Below, piece by piece: positions 36,896 through 46,688 of a stretch of 64,000 nt of DNA. The stretch is from the IMG/VR virus record IMGVR_UViG_3300021599_002865; one strand, given 5' to 3'. Within the stretch, counting starts at the first letter, position 1. Each line of letters opens with the position of its first letter. The notes under the pieces are model-generated. The model did no database searches. It was not told the DNA's origin and was given only the letters and a program-made list of their open reading frames with translations. Position numbers and translations under genes: made by a program. This stretch comes from an uncultured virus (IMG/VR IMGVR_UViG_3300021599_002865). Its lineage: Duplodnaviria > Heunggongvirae > Uroviricota > Caudoviricetes.

Positions 36896-38218
36896 TTATT
36901 CCTCACCTTCCAAATCCCACATATTGTTACCCATGTCACTACCTTTTCTTTTGATACATTCAGGAACTTGACAATTGTCACTTCCTTTCAGATTAATAAA
37001 GAAAAGACTCGGCATGTTACACACACATTCAGGGATAGAAGTAAGTTGTTTGTTATTAATAAGTGCTAAGAACTTCAACTTTGGTAATTCACAAATTGAA
37101 TCGGGCACAGTTTCAACACAATTATCAAGTAATATCATTCTCAAGTCTTTGAATCTAGAAATCGATTCAGGAATGTTAATAATAATATTATTTTTGTCTC
37201 TATTTTGGATTTGAAATTCAGTCAAGGTAGATGGTAAGTTATCTATCAAATCGTCTAAACCATAAAGGGCAATGAATTTTCCAATTGCACCATGAGAAAA
37301 ACTATCAATAACAAGTTTTTCACCTCCAACAGTCAAACCTTTTGCAAATTCTGGTTTGAATAACGGTTTCAATTCAGACATTCTTCCATTGAGTAGCCCA
37401 ACTAAATCTTGTTGACGGTCATCCTTGTCCATAAATTGATTGGATGGGAAATGGAATTGAAATCTTTCAACAGGTAAACCTGTTTCAGAGGCTTTGTTAG
37501 GGTCATTTGGATTGAACACAACATATAATGGACCGTCCTTAATATATCTATCAAACCAAGACAATCCAGGTGCAGAAGTGCACCATCTAGTCTCTCTATT
37601 ATTTCCACCGTAAAAACATGCGGCTTCTTTTCCTGATAAACCCTTGTCTTCAATCTTAATCACTCTCCAATCTTCACCGTCATACATGAGTTCAGCACCA
37701 GGGTGAACTTCGGCAGTTTTTCTTTCTGCTTTAGTTGTTGTTGCCATCGTAAGGTCGAAGTCTTTAACTTCGTCATACAATTGGTCAGGAGTCAACTTCA
37801 TTATATCCCTTTTTTCCAAAGGAATACGTTTGTAAAATCTTCCGAATTTCTTCAAATCATCTGTAACCTTATACAGGTCTTCCAAGAATGTTTCCTTTAC
37901 TTGAGCAAGTTCTCTTTCATAACCCGTATCACCAGGTTGTCTTTCAGTCTTAACGTTCAAGAAACTTTTGATGAGCCAGTTAACATACTTACCTGCCTTT
38001 ATTTTTTCAAGTTCTTTGGAGTCTGCACTCTCAGGGTCAACGTTATTTAATTTAGTGGTAGGGTCTGCCTGCACCAATTTTAAAAATTCAGCCACGGTCA
38101 TCTTGGGCTTTTGTTTTTTTCCCTTCTTGTCTTCAGTAGGTTTTGTTAAAGCATTTCTCAAAATCTCAAATCTTGATTGCTCCAACAAAATATCTTTAAG
38201 TAATGATGTAAATTTCAT
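36896..38218 (-). CDS. protein with an AACFYG..TRWC domain and C-terminal leucine-rich repeats
   Basis: IPESISRFKDLRMILL / VPDSICELPKLKFLAL / IPECVCNMPSLFFINL. Confidence 0.75.
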   Translation of the reverse strand: MKFTSLLKDILLEQSRFEILRNALTKPTEDKKGKKQKPKMTVAEFLKLVQADPTTKLNNVDPESADSKELEKIKAGKYVNWLIKSFLNVKTERQPGDTGYERELAQVKETFLEDLYKVTDDLKKFGRFYKRIPLEKRDIMKLTPDQLYDEVKDFDLTMATTTKAERKTAEVHPGAELMYDGEDWRVIKIEDKGLSGKEAACFYGGNNRETRWCTSAPGLSWFDRYIKDGPLYVVFNPNDPNKASETGLPVERFQFHFPSNQFMDKDDRQQDLVGLLNGRMSELKPLFKPEFAKGLTVGGEKLVIDSFSHGAIGKFIALYGLDDLIDNLPSTLTEFQIQNRDKNNIIINIPESISRFKDLRMILLDNCVETVPDSICELPKLKFLALINNKQLTSIPECVCNMPSLFFINLKGSDNCQVPECIKRKGSDMGNNMWDLEGEE

Positions 38219-38262
38219 CTACCACGAATTTATTAATAAATATATTGATTACACAAAAATAA

Positions 38263-39102
38263 CTAATAATTCAATATCAAGAGCTCTTCACCCATATTTT
38301 GTTTCGTCCCTTTTTTCGCAGCAGCTGCTTTAGCAAACTTCTTCTTTTCCCATCTGAATCTATCTGTTGAATACCATTGACTTAAAAGGTCAAAATCGTA
38401 GTAAGATAAACTAAACTTACTTTGGACTGAATTCAACACATTTGCCAATCTTTCGTGGTCTGCTCTGTCGAAATCATGGTTGGAATAGTAATTTTCAGTT
38501 TTCCAATATGGTGGGTCCAAGTAAATATAAGTTGACGGGGAGTCGTATTTCTCTATAACCTTTTGGAAATCCATATTTTCAACATGAGTAATCTTATTAA
38601 AGTGTTCGACCCATTTTGGATTAGATAGTTTGTCTCTGAAAGACAAATATTTTGAACGATACTTTCCCTTCAAATCTATAAAGTTAGAAGTTTCAGGTTT
38701 ACTTCCACTGAACACTTGAGTGACAATGTAAACGTATTTTGCAGCAACTTCGTAGTCAGGGTAATTTATAGTAAATCCCGATGAAAATAATTCAGTTTGA
38801 TACTCTCTGAATCTATCCTTGTAACTTATGTCTGTAACTAATTTACCAAACTCTTGAACCGGTATGGTGTCCAAAACTCTTTGGAGTTCAGCAGGATTCT
38901 GAACACATTGAAATAGATTGTAGTTTAGTGGGTTGAAGTCATTGTAGACCACTCGTTTGAGGTTTGTGAATTTTTCTAAATTCATGTTGAAATAACACCA
39001 AAACATTCCCCCGAATGTTTCGACATATGTTTCCATATCCTCAGGATAGTATTCGACTATCCATTTTCCAATTTTTGATTTTCCTCCGATATAACTTAAC
39101 AT
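38263..39102 (-). CDS. Dam-like (alpha-class) N6-adenine DNA methyltransferase
   Basis: YIGGKS, YVETFGG, YNDFN, YLDPPY, ELLILNY. Confidence 0.9.
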   Translation of the reverse strand: MLSYIGGKSKIGKWIVEYYPEDMETYVETFGGMFWCYFNMNLEKFTNLKRVVYNDFNPLNYNLFQCVQNPAELQRVLDTIPVQEFGKLVTDISYKDRFREYQTELFSSGFTINYPDYEVAAKYVYIVTQVFSGSKPETSNFIDLKGKYRSKYLSFRDKLSNPKWVEHFNKITHVENMDFQKVIEKYDSPSTYIYLDPPYWKTENYYSNHDFDRADHERLANVLNSVQSKFSLSYYDFDLLSQWYSTDRFRWEKKKFAKAAAAKKGTKQNMGEELLILNY

Positions 39103-39138
39103 ATAAGAAATATAATAAAAAAAATCAAAAAAGCAAAT

Positions 39139-39315
39139 TTAGTTATAACAATTTTTGTAAGGTCTACATGAAGCTTTCTGAGTAAATCCCATATCTGAGC
39201 ATGATGTAGATTTACAATATGATTTACTATATTTCCTTGGTTTCTTAAATTTCTTTTGTTCTTTCTCGTCCAAATATTGGTAAAGAACTCTTTTAATAAT
39301 TTGTTCCAAAATCAT
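39139..39315 (-). CDS. 58-aa Cys/Lys-rich protein (MILEQIIKRV...YCKSTSCSDMGFTQKASCRPYKNC), not in the ORF track
   Basis: ATG 4 nt after TATTTAT; four Cys. Confidence 0.6.
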   Translation of the reverse strand: MILEQIIKRVLYQYLDEKEQKKFKKPRKYSKSYCKSTSCSDMGFTQKASCRPYKNCYN

Positions 39316-39325
39316 AATTATAAAT

Positions 39326-39466
39326 ATGGCATGTAGTAGTTGTAAATCAAATCGTCCAATAAATAGAGTTAAATGGGGCGTGTTAATTTTAGGAAGTTAT
39401 ATTGTTTTCTCATCTGTTTACGGAACAATCGAAATATTCAAAATTATAATAGAATTTTTTAAATAG
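39326..39466 (+). CDS. 46-aa membrane peptide starting MACSSCK, not in the ORF track
   Basis: CxxC N-terminus plus a TM helix; fills a gap. Confidence 0.55.
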   Translation: MACSSCKSNRPINRVKWGVLILGSYIVFSSVYGTIEIFKIIIEFFK

Positions 39467-40379
39467 GTCTCTCGAATTTCAAATTGAGTTTAACATAAAA
39501 ATCACCACCTTTATATCCTTTTCCTCTTAATCTTAAAGGTTTAGATGTGTCTATTATTTTTGGTGCTTGTAAATTTAAATCACCATCTGGATGTGGAATT
39601 AAAAATTTATCATTTTGTATTTGTTCCAAATTCAGTGTCAAATTATAAACCAAATCTGAATTAATCTTTTCAAACCCATCTTTCGGGACCATTTCCACTT
39701 GAATTACCAAATCCCCCATACCTCCGTTTTTGAAATCACCCAAGTTTGGTAGTTTGAGAAACTGTCCACTATCAATACCTTGTGGGACTTTGACCCTAAT
39801 GCTATGAATGGTCTGACTTGTTCCTTTTCCACCACACAAATAACACCTTTCAACTAAAATGGTTCCTTGACCATTGCAGTTCCCGCAAATTGTCCTTATT
39901 TGTTGAACCATGAATCCTGTCCCAAATGTTTTGATAAAGAAACCTTGACCACCGCAAGACCCACAGGTTTGATGCTGGCCCCCGTTACCTTGACAAGAAT
40001 TACACGGAATATCTCTACTATATTGAATTTCCTTTTCCCCACCCAAATAGGATTCAATTGGTGAAACTTGAAGTCTCACAACTTTGTCTGGTGCATGCCT
40101 CGGTCTTTGTCCTTGGAAATGAGGATTGCGACCAAACATGTTATCAAAGAAACTCTCAAAATTGGTTCCTTGATATGGGTTGGACTTTTGATTATTATAC
40201 TGAGCTCTTTTTTCTCTGTCTCCCAAAACTTCGTAAGCTTCGTTTATCTCTTTAAATTTTTCAGCACCATCGGGATTGATGTCAGGATGAAATCTTTTTG
40301 AGAGGTTTCTGTAACTCTTTTTGATTTCATCTTCTGAGGCATTCTCTTCAACTTCTAGAATTTTGTAGTAATTTTTCAT
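39459..40379 (-). CDS. dnaJ: DnaJ chaperone
   Basis: J domain with HPD, four CxxCxGxG motifs, C-terminal GDL and LRLRGKG. Confidence 0.9.
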   Translation of the reverse strand: MKNYYKILEVEENASEDEIKKSYRNLSKRFHPDINPDGAEKFKEINEAYEVLGDREKRAQYNNQKSNPYQGTNFESFFDNMFGRNPHFQGQRPRHAPDKVVRLQVSPIESYLGGEKEIQYSRDIPCNSCQGNGGQHQTCGSCGGQGFFIKTFGTGFMVQQIRTICGNCNGQGTILVERCYLCGGKGTSQTIHSIRVKVPQGIDSGQFLKLPNLGDFKNGGMGDLVIQVEMVPKDGFEKINSDLVYNLTLNLEQIQNDKFLIPHPDGDLNLQAPKIIDTSKPLRLRGKGYKGGDFYVKLNLKFERPI

Positions 40380-40381
40380 AT

Positions 40382-41026
40382 ATGGCTAATTACCTCGTGG
40401 TATTATTCAAGGATAAAAAAAAGAAAAGAATAATAAATAAGTTTATCACCCCTTCCAAGGCTAAGGATTTTTTCAACAAAAAAATGAAAGAATCCAGTGA
40501 CGTAATTTTTGATGTAAAATATGAATCAGGAAAGGAAGTCGACTATGAAATGGGTATAATACATATGAGTTCAAAACAAGAAGTGCCAATCTATCTAACC
40601 GACGATTTGGGTAGAAATTTGAGAGTAAAACTTGATGAACCTGGTATGACATTGATTTTAATATCTCCATACAAAAAGGAGGAAAAGGTTTTCGACATTC
40701 AAACGAAAAAGAAGATAGAAGTCCAAAGGTTGATAAAAACTTATTTGAAGGGCGAAGGTGTAAAAATGATATCAATGTTGAATAATAAGGTTATCATTCA
40801 AGATGAGGAAAAAGTCTTTTTGTTCACTTTGAAAAATGAATCAGAAGCATCACGTTTTATTGATTGTCTATCAAATTACTTTTGGAAAATCAAAAGGGGT
40901 GATTGTCTGTTTGTTAAGGACTTTTCTAAACCACAGAAAAAATACTTATATCAATTGTTGGAAAATAAAGGATTTGATAAGTCCATCTTATACAGAAGAT
41001 TTACTTCTCTTCCTCATCAAGAATAA
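40382..41026 (+). CDS. basic hypothetical protein
   Basis: 214-aa ORF, divergent from dnaJ. Confidence 0.7.
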   Translation: MANYLVVLFKDKKKKRIINKFITPSKAKDFFNKKMKESSDVIFDVKYESGKEVDYEMGIIHMSSKQEVPIYLTDDLGRNLRVKLDEPGMTLILISPYKKEEKVFDIQTKKKIEVQRLIKTYLKGEGVKMISMLNNKVIIQDEEKVFLFTLKNESEASRFIDCLSNYFWKIKRGDCLFVKDFSKPQKKYLYQLLENKGFDKSILYRRFTSLPHQE

Positions 41027-41231
41027 AGTGAAATTCAGTTCCTGAGATGTCTATTGAAAATTGTTTGTGATGTCTTTCAATCTCTCTGAAATGATTAATG
41101 ACTTTGGTATATTCTTCCTTTTTCAGCTCGAATATCATTGTTGCTTTTCCGACAAAAACGTTTTGACAAGCGTCGGCAATCAAAGCTAACTTTTCTAATT
41201 CCCCAAAATCAGTATTTTTATTTTCTGCCAT
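41001..41231 (-). CDS. hypothetical protein
   Basis: Operon packing. Confidence 0.6.
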   Translation of the reverse strand: MAENKNTDFGELEKLALIADACQNVFVGKATMIFELKKEEYTKVINHFREIERHHKQFSIDISGTEFHFILDEEEK

Positions 41232-41383
41232 AAGGTTAGTTTTTTTGGTTTGGGAAATATGTCTTCTTTATTCAACTTTTTTATTTGACGTATGAAGCTT
41301 TCTTTTTCCCTTTCCAATTCTTTTTTATCCTTCGCTTTCTCGCTGTTCAGCCATTGTAATATCTTCTCCTGTCTCTGACTCAT
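41195..41383 (-). CDS. hypothetical protein
   Basis: Operon packing. Confidence 0.55.
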   Translation of the reverse strand: MSQRQEKILQWLNSEKAKDKKELEREKESFIRQIKKLNKEDIFPKPKKLTLWQKIKILILGN

Positions 41384-41774
41384 CGTTAATTTCTAATTCA
41401 GTTTGTTCTAATTCGAAATCGAAATATAATGTTTTAAGTTTATCTAAATCAGTCTTTTCGAAAGTTTCTTTCAACTGTTCTATTGTATGTTTGAAAAGTT
41501 TTTCTTTGATTTCTTTTTCTTTATTCAATTTAATTATTTTTGAAATCTTAGACAAGGTAGAAGAGGTGTTGGCCTCATCCAAGGGTGTAACGAACGAAAT
41601 CCCTTTTTTATTGGAATCCTCTGTTTCGAAAGAAACTACTTGTCCTTCCTCAACCATACTCTTTGGAATTACCCATTTAGAAGGAAACTCTATGTCGAAA
41701 CTCAAATAGGTTTTGAGCTTCCTGATTGAACGTATGTATTCAATGAACGGGGCTATTTCTTTGTAAAAACTCAT
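41325..41774 (-). CDS. hypothetical protein
   Basis: 149-aa ORF, ATGA overlap. Confidence 0.7.
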   Translation of the reverse strand: MSFYKEIAPFIEYIRSIRKLKTYLSFDIEFPSKWVIPKSMVEEGQVVSFETEDSNKKGISFVTPLDEANTSSTLSKISKIIKLNKEKEIKEKLFKHTIEQLKETFEKTDLDKLKTLYFDFELEQTELEINDESETGEDITMAEQRESEG

Positions 41775-41959
41775 TTCGTAATAAGATATGTTATTATGTA
41801 ACTCAACGATAAACCTAAGAAGATAAGTTCCCTGTTACTATAAACCATTGGTTTTGGTTCTTTTTGTAACAGGGCGCTTAAAAATTTTGTGACATTTTTT
41901 AATGTTACTAATATTGTGAAAACAAATATAAAAATATATATCGTTTCAATATTATGCAT
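41771..41959 (-). CDS. small two-TM membrane protein
   Basis: Start MHNIET; two hydrophobic segments. Confidence 0.6.
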   Translation of the reverse strand: MHNIETIYIFIFVFTILVTLKNVTKFLSALLQKEPKPMVYSNRELIFLGLSLSYIITYLITK

Positions 41960-42134
41960 TATCCTCTGTCTTTTTGTGTTCAAGAATTTCACCTCTGAGT
42001 TTCTGTAAAAGAGCTTTCAATTCTTGTGCAGATTTTCTTGCTCTTGTTCCCGCACTCTTATTTCCTTTGAAAAACTTTGTTGTGTCAACTGAAAGTAGTT
42101 CGGTCAATTCTTTGATTTTTTCTAATGTTTCCAT
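41952..42134 (-). CDS. histone H1-like Hc1-family protein
   Basis: KFFKGNKSAGTRARKSAQELK..L..LR signature. Confidence 0.8.
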   Translation of the reverse strand: METLEKIKELTELLSVDTTKFFKGNKSAGTRARKSAQELKALLQKLRGEILEHKKTEDNA

Positions 42135-42214
42135 TTTTCTATGGTTATAGTTGTTTATTAATAGTTATAATATTAACTTTTTTACGTCTGGTGTAAATAG
42201 AATCAAGATTTTTT

Positions 42215-42682
42215 TCAAATCATATTTTTTTCCATTAACTTATATAGCTCGGTCAGTATGTCCAAGTCAGACTTACTAAAATCTTTTTCGACATCAAAAA
42301 CATCATTGAGGAATTTGGGTATTGACATTTTTACGTTATCTTGTTGTTGATTATAAAAACTGTCTGAAAAAAATTCTTTGAAATACTCTTTGTGGTCCCC
42401 TTCTCTGTTTATTTTAATATTTTCCGCTAGAAAATTCTCTAATAATTTATTCCAACACCACTCGAAATGTTTTTCTTTATCTTCTTGCGAAAGGTAAATC
42501 TTAGTTTCACCCTCGGTGTCTCCCATATAAGTGTTGATAATAATATGGTTTAAACTTTTGAATAGGTCACCATATAGCTCAATCTTTTCATAACTCATGT
42601 TATGAGTATTGAACCAAATCAAAACTTCATCTTTAGGTATTGTCTTGGACATCCAATTAAAAAAATTCTCCATAGAGTTCAT
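42215..42682 (-). CDS. hypothetical protein
   Basis: 155-aa ORF. Confidence 0.7.
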   Translation of the reverse strand: MNSMENFFNWMSKTIPKDEVLIWFNTHNMSYEKIELYGDLFKSLNHIIINTYMGDTEGETKIYLSQEDKEKHFEWCWNKLLENFLAENIKINREGDHKEYFKEFFSDSFYNQQQDNVKMSIPKFLNDVFDVEKDFSKSDLDILTELYKLMEKNMI

Positions 42683-42721
42683 CTATGGAGAATATAATAA
42701 ATTAAATTTCAATGTGAATTT

Positions 42722-44509
42722 TTACTGAGTCTTTCTGTCGTAACTAATAAGATTTTTCATCTTTTCCATTTCTTCAGAAATTATTTTTGATTTCTTGTCC
42801 TCAGTTGATTCTAATTGGTTGAATATTTTTGCAGATTTTTCAGTTGATGATTTTATTTTTTTGAGACTTCCAGTTGACTTGGTCTCACCTGCAACGTCTA
42901 CAGGTTGAGGTTGTCTTTTATAAGATGCGTTTTGTTGTTCTGCACCGTATAGGTTGTCCTTATAATTTTTCATGAACTTTTCACCTACCTCACTCGGGAC
43001 CACGTTACCTAACGCTTTACCATCTTTGTCCTTGACAGCATTACCTGTTTTTGAATTTCCTTTCAAATACATTTCGATTTTTTCATCTTCAGGTTTGATT
43101 TCATCATAAACAAGATTTGTCATACCAGGGTATGCGAATGCATCAATATATTCATCGACTGCTTCAGACGGATGATACTTTTTTGTTTTTTCTTTCATAC
43201 CTGAAAGGTCATAATTACTCTCTGGAAACGCCTCAGGGTTTTCACTAAATTCACCATTCGAACCTGATTTGAGATAATCCTTCATTTTTTTCACAACACT
43301 CTTAGCATAATCTTCATTTTCTTTTTTCGACGCGTTAAGAGCTTTCATTGTTTTTTTCAAACCTTCGGGTTCTTTCTTTGAGATGTTTGATTTTTCCTTT
43401 TTTTCTTTTTGCTCGATGACAATATTTTCAATCAAATCTATAAGTTCATTTTCAGTGAAAACGATTTTATTTTCATTTTCCTTTATTCCTTTGAGGGTCA
43501 GAACTAAATTAACTTGTTTCAAAGTTTTTAAGTCCGAAGAAGACAATTTTTTATCCCCTTCAGCTTTCTTCATTAATTCTTTTTTCAATGATTTCAATTT
43601 TGATTGAGGAATTTTCTCATCATCTGGGACATTCAATTTCTTGTGAAGTGCACCTTTTTTAATATCAGTTTTTTGAATCCATTTTTTTTCAGATTCTTTA
43701 GTTTCTTTTTTGTGATTACATTTACAATTCATCATACCACACTTCGCACACTTCTTACCTTTAGATTCTTTAACATGATATTTTTTTCCATCTACTTCAA
43801 AAGAATCTCTTCCGTCTTTTTTAGCATCCGCTAAAGCCCCTGTAAAAGCATTTCCTTCTTCAGTCTCAGCTTCTTCTTCTAAACCTTTCATGATTCTAAT
43901 TTTCATTGGACCATATTTGTCCTTATACATGTCGAAAAATTTCTTACCTTCTTCACCAGGTGCAAACCAATTAGTTTTTTCACCAAATTTTTGGAACATA
44001 GGTTCGAACTCATCGTATTCTTCTTCATCAAAATCGAAATCAAAATCTCCTATATGAGCTCTATCTTTTTCATCAAACCAACCATGTTCATCGCTAAATG
44101 AACCAAATATTTTGTTTTTGAGGTTAGCTTTCATTTTATTGTCTTCCAATCCTTTACCAACGTAAGTTGGTTCATTCTGAGACAATTCTTCTGCATCCTC
44201 TTCAGCCTCTTCATCACCTTCGTAATCACCATGTGTTGATTTATCTTTATCATAAAAAAACCATTCATCCATTTCTTCGGTTTCTTTAGTCTCTTTCTTT
44301 TTACTTCTTAATTTTTTGAAGTCTGCAGCATCTAATTTACCCTTTGGCTCTGCAACATCTAATTTCTTTTGACCTCCTTTGAGTCCTTCCTCAACTTCAA
44401 TTTCCTGCCATTCACCTTTTTCTTCGGTAATTTGTTTAACCTTGCTCTCGATTTCCTCATTGAGGATTTTAGAAATAAGATTGTCAATATGTTTTTGAAA
44501 CTTGTCCAT
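42722..44509 (-). CDS. highly charged modular protein, probably an internal head or scaffold protein
   Basis: K/E-rich; many short modules separated by x-x-E sites; TATTTAT upstream. Confidence 0.55.
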   Translation of the reverse strand: MDKFQKHIDNLISKILNEEIESKVKQITEEKGEWQEIEVEEGLKGGQKKLDVAEPKGKLDAADFKKLRSKKKETKETEEMDEWFFYDKDKSTHGDYEGDEEAEEDAEELSQNEPTYVGKGLEDNKMKANLKNKIFGSFSDEHGWFDEKDRAHIGDFDFDFDEEEYDEFEPMFQKFGEKTNWFAPGEEGKKFFDMYKDKYGPMKIRIMKGLEEEAETEEGNAFTGALADAKKDGRDSFEVDGKKYHVKESKGKKCAKCGMMNCKCNHKKETKESEKKWIQKTDIKKGALHKKLNVPDDEKIPQSKLKSLKKELMKKAEGDKKLSSSDLKTLKQVNLVLTLKGIKENENKIVFTENELIDLIENIVIEQKEKKEKSNISKKEPEGLKKTMKALNASKKENEDYAKSVVKKMKDYLKSGSNGEFSENPEAFPESNYDLSGMKEKTKKYHPSEAVDEYIDAFAYPGMTNLVYDEIKPEDEKIEMYLKGNSKTGNAVKDKDGKALGNVVPSEVGEKFMKNYKDNLYGAEQQNASYKRQPQPVDVAGETKSTGSLKKIKSSTEKSAKIFNQLESTEDKKSKIISEEMEKMKNLISYDRKTQ

Positions 44510-44535
44510 TATGTGTGTTTTTAATATAAATATCT

Positions 44536-45741
44536 TTATTTTGGTCTTTTATTAATTTTCTCAAACTCGTGCTCCAATATTGTGATAATAACATTTTCAC
44601 TGATTTTGAATTTTTTGGAAATTGATTTTATTGCTTCTTTTACAGACTCATTTTTCGTAATTTTCAAAGCATTTATGTCACCCTGATTACAATATGGGAA
44701 TTTCGTGCATTTCTTTTTTACTTTTACAAATGAACCACCAGGGACTTGGGTTTTCCTACTTGGCCCCCAATCTTTTTTCTTTGTGGATTTAGCCCACATT
44801 GCAGGTGTTTCATAACCACCAACTGAACCCGAACCTGTCGCTTCTTTTGTTTCAGCCTTTTCAATACCATTGAGGCCCATTGCATTTACTGCAATACCCT
44901 CTTTAAGTTTTGGAGTTTCAGCAAAACTCTTTCTTAGAAAATCACTGTCTTTAAATGCAATAGGACCCGCAAATGCCCCTGATGAACCTGACCCTGTCGC
45001 CTCCTTATTTTCAATTTTTTTTCCCAACCCACACTTTTGAAAAAAGTCATCGTAATCAAACTTTACACCTTCTTTCTTAAATTTTTGAACCATGTTTTTA
45101 GCAACCTTCATCTTATTTCCTTTATCATTAATTTGATTCAGAATTTCAATGATTCCGTCCACCATATCTTTATCATTACCTTTCAACTCCTTATCTACTT
45201 TTTCATTCGTTTTCTCTTTGCCAGGTCTACCCCACTTTCTTTTCTTGATGTAAGGGTCATCTTTCGTTACATTGGGTAAACCGAAGTTAAACTCCTTATA
45301 TCCTTGTTTGTATTTCGCTCTCTTCTTAAAATCGATATAGTCTTTATCGGCTTGTAAATCTGTCGCAAATTGTCTTTTTGCGGTAACTTTATCGTCCTCC
45401 TTAGTTTCTATTTTACTCAACTTAGAATAATATTTTGGGTCTTCATATAAGTGGTCCATAGCGATTTCTTTGGCCATGTTCTTATCCTTGGTGTGTTCAG
45501 TCTCAATTTTGACTCCTTTAAGAAATTCATGTGTAAGTTTTTTGACATCAACCTTGTGTTTGTGAGCAATGTCACCCAAACTCATTTTATCTGCCTTACC
45601 ACCCTCTAGTTTCTCTTCTTTAAATGATTGTTTCAATCTAGTTGCATCTTTCATAGTTGAGGAATTCAACTTTACATTTGGTTGTGTTGTGAAAGCCTTG
45701 TCTATGGCTTTTTTGAATTGTTCTGCAGCATTAAATCCCAT
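44536..45741 (-). CDS. modular basic protein with a DUF5661-like segment
   Basis: GG.AD...G.KIE.EHT.D...A.EIAMDHL.EDP.YY.KL; repeated EATGSGS(S/V)G. Confidence 0.6.
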   Translation of the reverse strand: MGFNAAEQFKKAIDKAFTTQPNVKLNSSTMKDATRLKQSFKEEKLEGGKADKMSLGDIAHKHKVDVKKLTHEFLKGVKIETEHTKDKNMAKEIAMDHLYEDPKYYSKLSKIETKEDDKVTAKRQFATDLQADKDYIDFKKRAKYKQGYKEFNFGLPNVTKDDPYIKKRKWGRPGKEKTNEKVDKELKGNDKDMVDGIIEILNQINDKGNKMKVAKNMVQKFKKEGVKFDYDDFFQKCGLGKKIENKEATGSGSSGAFAGPIAFKDSDFLRKSFAETPKLKEGIAVNAMGLNGIEKAETKEATGSGSVGGYETPAMWAKSTKKKDWGPSRKTQVPGGSFVKVKKKCTKFPYCNQGDINALKITKNESVKEAIKSISKKFKISENVIITILEHEFEKINKRPK

Positions 45742-45742
45742 G

Positions 45743-45988
45743 TTAAGCGTTTTTCAATCTAGGTTCCCAATAACCTCTGTTGGTCCACATGAACTGGTAA
45801 AATTCACGGAACATCCTAAGAGTTATATCTTTTATATCACCTTCGAGTTTTCCTTTTTTGATTTCTTTTCTTATTGTATCAAGAAGTTTATCCTCGAATT
45901 GTTTGACAGTATTATTCTGCATAAAGTTTCTAACCTCCTTGCGGACTAATGTTTCAATTTCTTTTATTTCTGAATTTGTAAATGCCAT
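45743..45988 (-). CDS. hypothetical protein
   Basis: Operon packing. Confidence 0.65.
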   Translation of the reverse strand: MAFTNSEIKEIETLVRKEVRNFMQNNTVKQFEDKLLDTIRKEIKKGKLEGDIKDITLRMFREFYQFMWTNRGYWEPRLKNA

Positions 45989-46398
45989 TATTTGGTTATT
46001 AAAAAGAACGTTAATACAGCAATCAGACCTGTGCCAAGGATAGAATTGAATTTACTTTTTACTTTCTCTTTCTTCAAATCAAATTCTAATTTTTTTGAAT
46101 ATCTTTCCATGATATCAAACTTTTGTTTCTCAGAATCAATTATTGTGAGATAATTCGTTTCTTTTGCTCTAAGAATTGTAATAACGCTGTCCTTGAGTCC
46201 TACTTTTTTCTCGGTTTCAATAAGTTGGAATTCAGTGAGTTTCAATTGTGCCTTTGCAGAATCTCCACTTATTAAGTCTTTCATTATTTGCTTAACCACA
46301 GGTAAGGGAAAACACTTTTCAGTCTTACTTGTATCTATCTGTGAAAAAGCTATCGACTTCACGAGAAGTAAGCTTATCAATATTGCTAATTTTTTCAT
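45988..46398 (-). CDS. exported coiled-coil protein with a C-terminal TM helix (spanin-like)
   Basis: Signal peptide MKKLAILISLLLVKSIAFSQ, coiled coil, hydrophobic tail. Confidence 0.5.
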   Translation of the reverse strand: MKKLAILISLLLVKSIAFSQIDTSKTEKCFPLPVVKQIMKDLISGDSAKAQLKLTEFQLIETEKKVGLKDSVITILRAKETNYLTIIDSEKQKFDIMERYSKKLEFDLKKEKVKSKFNSILGTGLIAVLTFFLITK

Positions 46399-46687
46399 GA
46401 TAAATTTCTTTGACAATTGTTTTTTGATTTTTTATTTTGCCGATAGTTTGGTCTACTTTTTCAATTTCATTGTTGAAATCAGAAATCTTGTTTTCCAATT
46501 TCAAATTATCTTCGTGAAGTTGCTTAATAACAACATTGAGTGAATCAAGTTGTTGTTTTTGGTCGGCAGCCATTTGGACCCTTGGTGTCAGGAAAAATAT
46601 TAAATAATAAAGGATGAACAATCCGAAAATAACTTTAAGGATTGTTATGTAATGTTTCTTTAAGAAATTTAGAATTTTACTAATCAT
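46325..46687 (-). CDS. TM-anchored coiled-coil protein (i-spanin-like)
   Basis: N-terminal TM helix then heptads; overlaps the downstream gene. Confidence 0.5.
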   Translation of the reverse strand: MISKILNFLKKHYITILKVIFGLFILYYLIFFLTPRVQMAADQKQQLDSLNVVIKQLHEDNLKLENKISDFNNEIEKVDQTIGKIKNQKTIVKEIYHEKISNIDKLTSREVDSFFTDRYK

Positions 46688-46688
46688 A

